A stretch of 64,000 nt of DNA from Paludibacteraceae bacterium (GCA_017443075.1 JAFSPC010000065.1:6413-70412); one strand, 5' to 3'. Shown: positions 1-9,131, counted from the first letter of the stretch. The notes: generated from the sequence alone by a model not told the origin. A program made the numbers and translations.

Positions 1-33
1 CATTCACAATGCATTTTTTTCACGTTCACGCTG

Positions 34-41
34 CAAAGTTA
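34..41 (-). promoter_or_regulatory. Bacteroidetes-type -7 box (TAACTTTG on the minus strand), pointing out of the left edge of the window
   Basis: caaagtta at 34-41 is the reverse complement of TAACTTTG, an exact match to TAnnTTTG, and it sits in an AT-rich region. Confidence 0.4.
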
Positions 42-129
42 CAACAAAAATTTGATATATACAAGTGATAAGCAGAAAAAAAAATTTTTATCACCTCAAA
101 AAAAACTTGCATAAATGCATTTTTTTTCG

Positions 130-137
130 TATCTTTG
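130..137 (+). promoter_or_regulatory. -7 box TATCTTTG for udk
   Basis: Exact TAnnTTTG. A TTG lies 20 nt upstream, separated by a T-rich spacer. The box is 53 nt upstream of ATG 190. Confidence 0.55.
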
Positions 138-189
138 TACCGACTTACACTCCCAACCATTGCGAGTCACACTTTTAACACCCTTATAT

Positions 190-822
190 ATGTTCATCAT
201 TGGTATTGCCGGTGGTACCGGTTCCGGAAAGACAACCGTCGTCCGCAAACTCACAGAACGCCTGCCTAAAGGCGAAGTGGTCATCATTCCTCAGGATTCG
301 TATTACAAAGACAGCAGCCACGTACCCGTCGAGGAACGACAAAACATCAACTTCGACCATCCGGATGCTTTCGATTGGCCCCTGCTGACCAAGCACATCG
401 CCATTCTCAAGCAAGGCGAAGCTGTCGAACAGCCTATCTACGATTACATCACCTGTACGCGGCAGAAGCAAACAGTACATATCGAGCCTAAGGAGATTAT
501 TATCGTGGAAGGCATCATGGCGCTCAGCGACCGCAAGCTGCGCGAACAGATGGACCTCAAGATCTTCGTTGACGCCGATGGCGACGACAGGCTCATTCGA
601 GTCATTAGTCGTGACATAGTGGAGCGCGGACGTACGGCTGAAGCCGTCATGGAGCGCTACCAGCGAGTGCTCAAACCTATGCACGAACAGTTCATCGAAC
701 CCTGCAAACGGTATGCCGATGTCATCATACCACAGGGAGGACACAACAATGCCGCCATCAATATGTTGGTTAAGTTTATCAAGCAGGAACTGCGTGAACG
801 ACGCACGCAGAAAGCCGAATAA
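190..822 (+). CDS. udk: uridine kinase
   Basis: ORF 115..822. The Walker-A motif GIAGGTGSGKTT follows the internal Met at 190, and DSYY, NFDHPDAFD and IVEGI are uridine/cytidine-kinase-like. I moved the start to 190 because the -7 box at 130-137 lies inside the longer ORF. Confidence 0.9.
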   Translation: MFIIGIAGGTGSGKTTVVRKLTERLPKGEVVIIPQDSYYKDSSHVPVEERQNINFDHPDAFDWPLLTKHIAILKQGEAVEQPIYDYITCTRQKQTVHIEPKEIIIVEGIMALSDRKLREQMDLKIFVDADGDDRLIRVISRDIVERGRTAEAVMERYQRVLKPMHEQFIEPCKRYADVIIPQGGHNNAAINMLVKFIKQELRERRTQKAE

Positions 823-881
823 AACCGTTTGCCGACTCACATATATAGCCGATTAGCATTTACACGATAATTATCTCTCGT

Positions 882-3173
882 ATGAAACGCAACCGATTCA
901 CCATTTTGTTGGCAGGAATAGCTGTTTCCGCCACCCTTGCTGCGCAGGTCTATCTTGATCCGCAGGCACCTGTCGAGCAGCGAGTTGAGGATGCACTTAG
1001 CCGCATGACTCTCAACGAAAAAATAGCACTCATACATGCGCAAAGCAAATTCTCCTCACCCGGCGTGGCGCGACTGGGTATACCCGGACTATGGTGCACC
1101 GACGGCCCGCACGGCATCCGCGCTGAAGTCAAGTGGGACGAGTGGGATCAAGCCGGATGGACTAACGACAGCTGCATCGCTTTTCCAGCGCTGACAGCAC
1201 TCGCGGCTACGTGGAACACCGACATGGCTGCACTGTACGGCAAGAGTATAGGCGAGGAGGCACTCTACCGCGGCAAGAACGTACTGCTCGGACCAGGAGT
1301 GAACATCTACCGCACTCCGCTCAACGGACGGAACTTCGAATATATGGGTGAAGACCCCTGCCTGTCAGCAACGATGGTTGTGCCGTATATCCAAGGCGTA
1401 CAGCTGAATGGTGTGGCTACCTGTGTCAAGCATTTTGCTCTGAACAACCAGGAGGACGGCCGTCACGTCGTTAATGTCACGCTCAGCGAACGCGCCTTGT
1501 ACGAGATATATCTCCCTGCCTTCAAGGCCGCAGTACAACAAGGCCGCAGTTGGAGTATAATGGGCGCATACAACCGAATATGGGGGCAATACGCCTGCCA
1601 TAACCGGAGGCTACTTGTGGATATACTACGCGGCGAGTGGGGATTTGACGGTGCAGTTATCTCCGACTGGGGCGGCGTCAGCAATACCGACGAGGCTATA
1701 CGCAATGGACTGGATCTGGAGTATGGCTCATGGACTGACGGACTCACCGAAGGCAGGTCGAACTCCTACGATGCATATTACCTTGCTATGCCGTATCTTG
1801 AGAAGATTCAACGCGGCGAGGTGGGCACCGACGAACTCAACGAAAAAGTGCGCAACGTGCTGCGACTCATTTTCCGCACATCTATGAATCCGAATAAAGG
1901 CTTCGGCTCGCTCTGTTCCGATGCACATGCTGCTGCCGCAAGGCAGATTGCTGGCGAGGGCATAGTGCTGCTGCAAAACAATCCTGTAGGCAAAGGCAAG
2001 CAGGCACAACCCGTTCTGCCTATAGATGCAAGCAAGCGTTCGATACTCGTGGTTGGCGAGAATGCTATCAAGCAGATGACTGTTGGAGGAGGCTCCAGTT
2101 CGCTCAAGGCGAAGTATGAGATATCACCGCTGCAGGGCATACGCGAGCGAGCTAAACTCAACAATGCCGAGGTCCACTATGTACGCGGATATGTAGGCGA
2201 CATAGGCGGCGAGTACAACGGCGTCACTACCGGTCAGAACCTGCGTGACGACCGCACATCGGCACAACTCACTGCCGAAGCTGTCGAGGCGGCCAAGACT
2301 GCCGATGTGGTGCTCTTTATCGGCGGACTGAACAAAGCCGACCACCAGGACTCAGAAAGCTTCGACCGCCTGCAATACCACCTCCCCTACAATCAGGACC
2401 AACTAATCAGCGCTTTAGCCAAAGTTAACCCGAATATTGCAGTCATCATCCTCAGCGGCAACGCCTACGCTATGCCGTGGCTGGCAGATGTGCCCGCACT
2501 CCTGCAGGCATGGTTCTGCGGGTCGGAGACAGGCAACGCCTTGGCGGATGTACTGTTTGGCGATGTCAACCCTTCAGGACACCTGCCGTTCACCATCATG
2601 CCTGCACTGGAGGATTATCCGTCGCACCAGTATGGCGCCGCAGCTTACCCGGGTATCAACAACGAGGTCGAGTACCGCGAAGACCTGTTCGTCGGCTACC
2701 GCTACGCTGACCTCTACGGACAAAAGAAACCGCTCACATATACCGCTGACGGACGTAACTTCACCATCTATCCGCCTAAGCATAAGCCCCTGTTTGCTTT
2801 CGGTCACGGATTGAGTTACACCACGTTCAGCCTCAGCAATATTCGTCTTACCGGCTCAGCGGCTCAAGGCGTACAATCCGTTGCCGTCACTGTCAGCAAT
2901 ACGGGTGCGCGCACCGGCAAACAGGTCGTCCAATTGTATGTCGCACCTCGCAAGCCGGGTATCGTCCGCCCAAGGAAAGAGCTGAAAGCGTTTGCGAAGG
3001 TAGAACTGGAGTCAGGCCATGCAACCGATGTGCAATTCGAAATAACGGATGAGATGTTCCGCTACTTTGATGCTGACAAACATGAATGGGTTACGGACAA
3101 AGGGGTGTACGACCTGTATGTGGGGACGGCTTCTGACAACCTGCCAACGAAAATAACATATACCGTTAAGTGA
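882..3173 (+). CDS. bglX: glycoside hydrolase family 3 beta-glucosidase, secreted
   Basis: 763-aa ORF with an N-terminal signal peptide (MKRNRFTILLAGIAVSATLAAQ). GH3 hallmarks are present (GPGVNIYRTPLNGRNFEYMGEDP, KHFALNNQE, ISDWGG nucleophile region), plus a C-terminal fibronectin-like part. Confidence 0.9.
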   Translation: MKRNRFTILLAGIAVSATLAAQVYLDPQAPVEQRVEDALSRMTLNEKIALIHAQSKFSSPGVARLGIPGLWCTDGPHGIRAEVKWDEWDQAGWTNDSCIAFPALTALAATWNTDMAALYGKSIGEEALYRGKNVLLGPGVNIYRTPLNGRNFEYMGEDPCLSATMVVPYIQGVQLNGVATCVKHFALNNQEDGRHVVNVTLSERALYEIYLPAFKAAVQQGRSWSIMGAYNRIWGQYACHNRRLLVDILRGEWGFDGAVISDWGGVSNTDEAIRNGLDLEYGSWTDGLTEGRSNSYDAYYLAMPYLEKIQRGEVGTDELNEKVRNVLRLIFRTSMNPNKGFGSLCSDAHAAAARQIAGEGIVLLQNNPVGKGKQAQPVLPIDASKRSILVVGENAIKQMTVGGGSSSLKAKYEISPLQGIRERAKLNNAEVHYVRGYVGDIGGEYNGVTTGQNLRDDRTSAQLTAEAVEAAKTADVVLFIGGLNKADHQDSESFDRLQYHLPYNQDQLISALAKVNPNIAVIILSGNAYAMPWLADVPALLQAWFCGSETGNALADVLFGDVNPSGHLPFTIMPALEDYPSHQYGAAAYPGINNEVEYREDLFVGYRYADLYGQKKPLTYTADGRNFTIYPPKHKPLFAFGHGLSYTTFSLSNIRLTGSAAQGVQSVAVTVSNTGARTGKQVVQLYVAPRKPGIVRPRKELKAFAKVELESGHATDVQFEITDEMFRYFDADKHEWVTDKGVYDLYVGTASDNLPTKITYTVK

Positions 3174-3236
3174 TAACATATATACCGTTAAGTGATAACA
3201 TATACACCATTAAGTGATCACACTTACCATTACGTG
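3153..3236 (+). repeat. tandem 20-22-bp repeat x4 derived from the 3' end of bglX
   Basis: Copies are ataacatataccgttaagtg (3153-3172, which includes the bglX TGA), ataacatatataccgttaagtg (3173-3194), ataacatatacaccattaagtg (3195-3216) and atcacacttaccattacgtg (3217-3236). Confidence 0.9.
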
Positions 3237-3239
3237 AAG

Positions 3240-3668
3240 ATGAAAAAGATTATAATCCTAATCTCTGCCGTGCTACTGACAATGAGTGTGCAGGCGCAAA
3301 ATTCGATTGTAGGCGATTGGAAGACCGTGGATGACAAGACGGGCGACAATTATTCCATCGTCACCATCTATCAGGGGGCTGACGGCTTGTACTACGGCAA
3401 GATATCCAAGATCCTTATGGGACCCGAAGATGTGCGTTGCACCCTATGTCAGGGCGAGGATAAGGATCAGCCCATGCAAGGGCTTGTTATCATACGCGGC
3501 ATGCACATGCAGAATGGCGAACTGAGGGGCGGCAAAGTGCTCGACCCCAACGAGGGAAAATTCTATTATGGCAAGATATTTCTCAAGAACGGCAATCTCG
3601 TCTTGCGTGGGTCACTGGACAAGTTAGGCGTCTTCGGCCGCAACCAGACTTGGATTCCTGCCAATTAA
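3240..3668 (+). CDS. DUF2147-like secreted protein
   Basis: ORF 3192..3668. ATG 3240 gives a signal peptide (MKKIIILISAVLLTMSVQAQ). The pattern GDWKTVDDKTG..SIV.IY...G.YYGKI...CT.C.G.DK.QP..G and LDPNEGKFYYGKI...G.L.LRG is typical of DUF2147. Confidence 0.7.
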   Translation: MKKIIILISAVLLTMSVQAQNSIVGDWKTVDDKTGDNYSIVTIYQGADGLYYGKISKILMGPEDVRCTLCQGEDKDQPMQGLVIIRGMHMQNGELRGGKVLDPNEGKFYYGKIFLKNGNLVLRGSLDKLGVFGRNQTWIPAN

Positions 3669-3720
3669 TACGCCCCATCACCAATCGTAAATTTTATATT
3701 TTCATCATAATTCACTCTCC

Positions 3721-4704
3721 GTGTCCCGCTACCCTTTATATCTCGCTCCGATGGAGGATGTTACGGATCCTGCTTTCCGATTGCTGTGCAAGCGATTCGG
3801 GGCAGATAGGGTCTATACCGAGTTTGTCAATGCCGATGCCGTTGTGCGTGACATAGCGTCCACGATGCGCAAACTGCGCATCAACGATGCCGAACGTCCA
3901 GTGGCTATTCAGATCTACGGTCGCGAACCCGAATCGATGGCTGAGGCGGCACGCATAGTGGAGCTGGCGCACCCCGACATCATTGACATCAACTTCGGCT
4001 GCCCGGTCAAAAAGGTCGCTGGCAAAGGTGCCGGAGCAGGACTGCTGCGCGATGTACCCAAGATGCTGGACATCACGCGCGCTGTAGTCAATGCCGTGCA
4101 CACACCTGTCACTGCCAAGACGCGGCTCGGGTGGGATGAGAGCTCGCTCTACCTGCCTGACGGCACACCGTTCATCGTTGACCTCGCCGAGCGCCTGCAG
4201 GATTGTGGCATCACCGAGATCGCCATCCACGGCCGCACACGTGCACAAATGTACCGCGGAGAGGCCGACTGGACTCTGATCGGTGCAGTCAAGAGTAACC
4301 CGCGCATGCACATACCGGTTATTGGCAACGGCGATGTTACCACACCCGAACGGGCGAAACAGTGTTTCGACCGCTACGGCGTGGATGCACTCATGATCGG
4401 ACGCGCCACCTTCGGTTGTCCGTGGATATTTGAGGATATACGCTTATTCCTCGATGGGCAGCCTGCAGCGAATCGCACCATGGCATGGTGCATGGATGTG
4501 CTGCGCGAGCATGTGTTGCGCAGTATCGAGTGGGTAGGCGATGAGCGCAAAGGCATAGTGCATAGCCGACGGCACTTTGCAGCCAGCCCTGTGCTGAAGG
4601 GGTTACCTGATTTCCGACAGACACGCATCGCGCTGCTGCGCGCGGAAACAAAAGACGAGGTCTTTGCTATCATGGATTCTATCGTACGCGAATATGACCG
4701 TTAA
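3721..4704 (+). CDS. tRNA-dihydrouridine synthase
   Basis: 327 aa. Dus family motifs are LAPMEDVTDPAFR, INFGCP and IHGRTR. A GTG start at 3721 keeps the conserved LAPM segment. Confidence 0.88.
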   Translation: MSRYPLYLAPMEDVTDPAFRLLCKRFGADRVYTEFVNADAVVRDIASTMRKLRINDAERPVAIQIYGREPESMAEAARIVELAHPDIIDINFGCPVKKVAGKGAGAGLLRDVPKMLDITRAVVNAVHTPVTAKTRLGWDESSLYLPDGTPFIVDLAERLQDCGITEIAIHGRTRAQMYRGEADWTLIGAVKSNPRMHIPVIGNGDVTTPERAKQCFDRYGVDALMIGRATFGCPWIFEDIRLFLDGQPAANRTMAWCMDVLREHVLRSIEWVGDERKGIVHSRRHFAASPVLKGLPDFRQTRIALLRAETKDEVFAIMDSIVREYDR

Positions 4705-5722
4705 ACAGTTCTTTGACAAATATACGTTGGGACTATCCATGCTGATTGGCGCAGTGGGTTTTCCCGTCTTCAGACATCTGACGCCCATTCTGCCGCCGAT
4801 GATTGGCTTGATGCTGTTCTTCACGTTCTGCAAGGTCAACCCCTTGGATCTGCGTCTGCACGTTTGGCATTGGGCTGTACTCGCCGTGCAAATAGTGCTC
4901 ACGGCATGTGTGTATTACGGCACCTCGGCACTTTGCAGACATTGGGACGTGAGTGCTGACAACGCGGCTATCATCAGCCAGGGGCTAATGGTTTGTTTTG
5001 TCATGCCGACTGCCACAGCAGCACCTATCATTGCAGGCAAGTTGGGGGGGAGCATCCAGAATCTGACCACCTTCACCCTGCTCAGCAATGCGGCCACCAC
5101 TGTCATCGTTCCGGTGTTCTTCCCTTTGGTCAACCCTATGGGGCAGATGACTTTTCTTACCGAGGTAGGACTTATCCTCAGGCGTATTGCGCCATTGCTG
5201 CTCTTGCCGTTCTTTGCCGCTTGGATGCTACGCCTGGGCTACAACGGATGGCAACGCCTTCATGGCTCTGACCGGCGCTTCGTCCTCTCACGCTCATGGG
5301 CACAGGTACCGTTCTACCTGTGGGCTGGCACACTGGTTATACTGATGGGCGATATTACATTTTCACTTCTGCATGCGCAATACAACTGGTGGGCGCTGCT
5401 CGTGTTGCTTGTCGGCTCATTGATAGCATGTCTTGCACAGTTCTTTATCGGCAAGGCGATTGGATATAGCCTGCCCGCACCGAGCAAGGGCAAGGAGTAC
5501 GAAGATGTGGTCATCAATCCCGCTGCCGTACCCACTACCATGGCGGGCGTCAGCAGAATAACCGCCGGACAAGCGCTCGGGCAGAAGAACACCACCTTGG
5601 GCATCTGGATGTGTCAGGTGTTCCTCAACCCGTTGGCTGCTATCGGACCTGCGGCATACATCTTTTGGCAAAACATCGTCAATGCCATGCAACTCTACCG
5701 TGCTGCCAAGGTCAAGGCATGA
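4694..5722 (+). CDS. polytopic membrane transporter (bile acid:Na+ symporter / AEC-like fold), function uncertain
   Basis: ORF 4664..5722, hydrophobic throughout with about 9-10 predicted TM segments. ATG 4694 overlaps the dus stop codon (4702-4704). Confidence 0.6.
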   Translation: MTVKQFFDKYTLGLSMLIGAVGFPVFRHLTPILPPMIGLMLFFTFCKVNPLDLRLHVWHWAVLAVQIVLTACVYYGTSALCRHWDVSADNAAIISQGLMVCFVMPTATAAPIIAGKLGGSIQNLTTFTLLSNAATTVIVPVFFPLVNPMGQMTFLTEVGLILRRIAPLLLLPFFAAWMLRLGYNGWQRLHGSDRRFVLSRSWAQVPFYLWAGTLVILMGDITFSLLHAQYNWWALLVLLVGSLIACLAQFFIGKAIGYSLPAPSKGKEYEDVVINPAAVPTTMAGVSRITAGQALGQKNTTLGIWMCQVFLNPLAAIGPAAYIFWQNIVNAMQLYRAAKVKA

Positions 5723-5811
5723 GTACACGCATACGCATGGTTACCCGAATACTGACTATCGGAATACGGATGAGAACTATCTCACTGTAAGAATAACAAA
5801 CAAACAAGACA

Positions 5812-6753
5812 ATGCAAAAATCGATTCGCATCATCTCTCCTGCCGGTGCTTTGGATGCTACGTTCACGCTGCGCGCAGCCGAACGCCTGCGTTCGGAAGG
5901 CTTTGTTGTGGATGTAGCACCGCACGCCTGCGGACTGTACGGCAGGTTTGCTGCCACACCCTGCGAACGCACGACGGATGCCGTTGATGCACTCACCGAC
6001 CCTAATGTAGGCTTGGTGCTTTGTACGCGAGGCGGGTACGGCATGCAGCAGATTATCGACCGCATCGAGCAAGGCGTACGGCAACGCGGATATAACGGGG
6101 CGGCGGTATGCGGATTCTCGGACATAACGGAGTTACATCAACTGCTCAGCCGACTGGGGGGGACATCCGTACACGGCATCATGTGCAAACCGATTGCCAC
6201 ACTGCCGGACGAGGCAGAACCATGGCAAGCCCTACTGCGTGTGCTTCGCGGCAAGGCGCTCAACTACGATGTGCAGCCCTCCGAGCTGAATAAGCAGGGA
6301 GAGGCAACAGGCATACTGCGGGGCGGAAATCTGGCGGTGCTATGCGGATTGTGCGGCACACCTTACGACATACGCGAGACTATTGGCAGAGATCTTGAGC
6401 AGGGCAAACAAACCATCCTGTTCATCGAGGATGTAGGCGAACACCACTACAAGATCGACCGTATGCTGCACCAACTGCGCCTGAGTGGCGTGCTGGCCGC
6501 CGTCAGTGGCGTGGTAGTCGGGTTGTTTGCCGATTGCGACGACGACCCCTTGATGGGTAACACGCTGCTTGAAGGGATAGCCGATATACTCCATTCATAC
6601 GATTATCCTGTGCTGTTTGGTTTTCCTGCCGGTCATGTTACCGACAACATGCCACTCGTCTTAGGCGCTAAAGCACAACTAAAGGTAACAAAAAACGCAG
6701 GCCTACTGACCTGCGCTGCGCTCCCTCTAGGACTTGAACCTAGGACCCCCTGA
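5812..6753 (+). CDS. ldcA: LD-carboxypeptidase (peptidase S66, muramoyltetrapeptide carboxypeptidase)
   Basis: 313 aa with GFSDIT (Ser nucleophile), EDVGEHHYKIDRMLHQL (Glu) and GFPAGH (His). The last 35 nt overlap tRNA-Asn on the opposite strand. Confidence 0.8.
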   Translation: MQKSIRIISPAGALDATFTLRAAERLRSEGFVVDVAPHACGLYGRFAATPCERTTDAVDALTDPNVGLVLCTRGGYGMQQIIDRIEQGVRQRGYNGAAVCGFSDITELHQLLSRLGGTSVHGIMCKPIATLPDEAEPWQALLRVLRGKALNYDVQPSELNKQGEATGILRGGNLAVLCGLCGTPYDIRETIGRDLEQGKQTILFIEDVGEHHYKIDRMLHQLRLSGVLAAVSGVVVGLFADCDDDPLMGNTLLEGIADILHSYDYPVLFGFPAGHVTDNMPLVLGAKAQLKVTKNAGLLTCAALPLGLEPRTP

Positions 6754-6792
6754 TTAACAGTCAGATGCTCTAACCGACTGAGCTAAGGAAGC
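6719..6792 (-). tRNA. tRNA-Asn (anticodon GTT)
   Basis: The minus strand reads GCTTCCT-TA-GCTC-AGTCGGTTA-GAGC-A-TCTGA-CTGTTAA-TCAGG-GGGTC-CTAGG-TTCAAGT-CCTAG-AGGGAGC-G. This is a full cloverleaf with a 7-bp acceptor stem and no encoded CCA. Confidence 0.93.
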
Positions 6793-6897
6793 ATTTTTGC
6801 TCAAAGCGGTTGCAAAGGTACGACATTTTTTTGAATTTTGCAAATATTTTGCCAAAAAATAGTGTAATAAACTGCAAAAACTAACAATTTGTAATAT

Positions 6898-7899
6898 ATG
6901 AAACGCATTATTGGATTAGGAAACGCTCTTACGGACATTCTTATGCAGGTATCAGAGGATGATTTGCGCGAGTTAGGATTGCCCAAGGGTAGTATGAATC
7001 TCATCTCGATGGAGCAAGCCGGTACTATTCAGGCACGCTTTGCATCCGTGCGCAAGCACATGGTTGCTGGCGGCTCAGCGGCTAACACCATCTCCACCAT
7101 TGCTGCGCTCGGTGGCAAAGCCGCCTTCATCGGCAAGATTGGCACTGACGAGGTGGGAGACTTCTATCGCGACGATCTCGTCAAGAGTGGTGTCAAACCC
7201 TTGTTGCTCACCCATCCGCAACTCATGTCAGGCTGCTCAATCGTGCTCATCACCCCCGATGGCGAACGCACCTTTGCCACCTACCTCGGCGCATCGGCAG
7301 AGATGACGGAGGAGGATATAACCAAAGAGGCATTTGTCGGCTACGACATTTTCCACATCGAGGGATACATGCTGCAGAACCATGCGCTCATCGAAAAAGC
7401 CATTCGACTTGCGCGGGAGGCAGGATGTATGGTCAGCCTTGACCTTGCCTCCTACAACGTGGTTAACGAGAACCATTGTTTCCTGAAGGAACTGATACGC
7501 CAGTACGTAGATATCATCTTCGCCAACGAGGACGAGAGTTTTGCCTATACGCATCTCAACCCAGAGGAGTCCGTAGCCAAGATGGCTAAAGAGGTGGATA
7601 TAGCGGTAGTCAAGGTCGGCAAGCGCGGGTCGTACGTGCAGCAAGGCGAGCAACGCTATCATATCGGCGCTATCACCACATCGTGCACCGATTCCACCGG
7701 TGCGGGCGACCTCTATGCCGGAGGGTTCTTGCACGCCTTGGCAGACGGATTCGATATACACAAGTGCGGTGAGATAGGCACGATCGCAGCCGGACGGGTG
7801 GTGGAGGTTATCGGCACAAAGCTGAGTGAGGAGAACTGGGATGAGATTCGCCGTATCTGCGCCCTCTATCGCGGCTTCATGATGAAATATACGGTATAA
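6898..7899 (+). CDS. PfkB-family carbohydrate/nucleoside kinase (adenosine-kinase-like)
   Basis: 333 aa with an N-terminal GLGNALTD segment, GGSAANT, and the C-terminal PfkB signature DSTGAGDLYAGGFL. Confidence 0.8.
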   Translation: MKRIIGLGNALTDILMQVSEDDLRELGLPKGSMNLISMEQAGTIQARFASVRKHMVAGGSAANTISTIAALGGKAAFIGKIGTDEVGDFYRDDLVKSGVKPLLLTHPQLMSGCSIVLITPDGERTFATYLGASAEMTEEDITKEAFVGYDIFHIEGYMLQNHALIEKAIRLAREAGCMVSLDLASYNVVNENHCFLKELIRQYVDIIFANEDESFAYTHLNPEESVAKMAKEVDIAVVKVGKRGSYVQQGEQRYHIGAITTSCTDSTGAGDLYAGGFLHALADGFDIHKCGEIGTIAAGRVVEVIGTKLSEENWDEIRRICALYRGFMMKYTV

Positions 7900-7919
7900 G
7901 AGATATAAGATTAGGTACT

Positions 7920-8636
7920 ATGAAATATCTTTACTATTTATATCAATACCTGATAGCGCTTCCGCTATTTGCCGTGCTGACGTTGTTCACGGCCATCATT
8001 ACTATCATTTGTCAACACTGGCGTAATAGCTGGTGGCTGCATGACATACAGGCATTCTGGTCGCGGTCGTTCTGCTACCTGTTGTTTCTGCCCGTCAAGG
8101 TGACAGGCACGGAGAACATCGACCGCCACACCTCGTATGTGTTCGTCGCCAACCACCAGTCGATGGTGGACGTCTTCCTTGTGTACGGCTGGCTACCGGT
8201 TATCTTCAAGTGGCTGATGAAGTATGAGCTGCGTCGTATCCCGTTTGTGGGTACTGCCTGCAAGGCTGCAGGGCATATCTTTGTCAAGCGTGGCAATACA
8301 GCAGCAGCTGCACAATCCGTTCACGCTGCCGAACAGATCCTGCACGATGGCGTATGTACTGTTATCTTCCCTGAGGGCACCCGTTCGCTCAATGGGCAGG
8401 TGGGACGCTTCAAGCGAGGTGCCTTGCAGATTGCTTTGGACCTCAAGTTGCCTATCGTACCTATCTCGCTATCCGGCTGCTACGAGGTGATGCGTAAGGG
8501 CGAGTGGCACGCCAACCGCCATGCCGTCCACATGCACATAGGCAAGCCTATAGACATCTCCACCCTTGCCGACGAGGATGTGCAGCAGGCGATTGATGAC
8601 TTGCGCGAGGCTGTGATTGCCGGCATCGACAAGTAA
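7920..8636 (+). CDS. plsC: 1-acyl-sn-glycerol-3-phosphate acyltransferase
   Basis: 238 aa with an N-terminal TM segment, the HX4D motif (NHQSMVDV) and an FPEGTRS motif. Confidence 0.85.
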   Translation: MKYLYYLYQYLIALPLFAVLTLFTAIITIICQHWRNSWWLHDIQAFWSRSFCYLLFLPVKVTGTENIDRHTSYVFVANHQSMVDVFLVYGWLPVIFKWLMKYELRRIPFVGTACKAAGHIFVKRGNTAAAAQSVHAAEQILHDGVCTVIFPEGTRSLNGQVGRFKRGALQIALDLKLPIVPISLSGCYEVMRKGEWHANRHAVHMHIGKPIDISTLADEDVQQAIDDLREAVIAGIDK

Positions 8637-8933
8637 CCTGATTGATGTGTCGCAAGACATACAGAGTATTGGTAGTGCTGGCATATATATTGTGCGCATG
8701 CACCGCTGATGTGAAAGAGTCACGGCATACGCTTGCCGTGGCGGACAGCCTGCGTGTGCACGAGGGCAGGCTGTATGACGACAGTTAGGATTATTTGCTC
8801 GTATTATCAGCAAAGTCAGCGCAACAACTATCATACAATACATTAAGCGTATCAACTACAGATCGATTAGAAGAATCAAATTTGCGCTGGTTTAATTCCG
8901 CCTATGGTTAGTAATATTGTTGTTTAGCGTTTG

Positions 8934-8941
8934 CAAAGATA
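8934..8941 (-). promoter_or_regulatory. orphan minus-strand -7 box (TATCTTTG)
   Basis: caaagata at 8934-8941 is the reverse complement of TATCTTTG. No convincing minus-strand gene lies downstream of it. Confidence 0.3.
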
Positions 8942-9064
8942 CGAATTTTTTCAACAGGATGCAAAAAATGTGCAAATTTTTTCAATAGAGGTGAATTTTG
9001 CGTGTGATGCAGATGAAAAACACTATTTTTTGAGGGGAAGAGTTGCAAATGTGCATTTTTTTTG

Positions 9065-9072
9065 TATCTTTG
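9065..9072 (+). promoter_or_regulatory. -7 box TATCTTTG for the CPBP protease gene
   Basis: Exact TAnnTTTG with a TTG 19 nt upstream. The surrounding 35 nt are near-identical to the udk promoter. Confidence 0.55.
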
Positions 9073-9131
9073 TAGCCCCGTATCGCCATATCATATCCAT
9101 ATCACCATATTGTATATTATAAAAGAGTCTC

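Noticed and set aside
115-189. Longer N-terminus for udk starting at 115; likewise 3192 for DUF2147, 58209 for guaD, 47066 for the hypothetical protein, 57253 for the glycosyltransferase and 63357 for folP
   Set aside because: The extensions start at non-ATG codons or run through exact -7 promoter boxes or upstream repeats. They also add non-conserved residues ahead of a canonical N-terminus or signal peptide.
184-840. Long antisense or alternative-frame ORFs overlapping well-supported genes: 184..840(-), 9356..10051(+), 27099..28001(-), 32518..33195(+), 38058..38777(+), 55381..56043(-), 57398..57907(+), 62882..63418(+) and 12278..12833(+)
   Set aside because: Each lies opposite or out of frame to a gene with unambiguous family motifs and shows no motifs of its own. 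I treat them as shadow ORFs. ORF 9356..10051 is relevant only as the frame entered after a +7 slippage in the CPBP gene.
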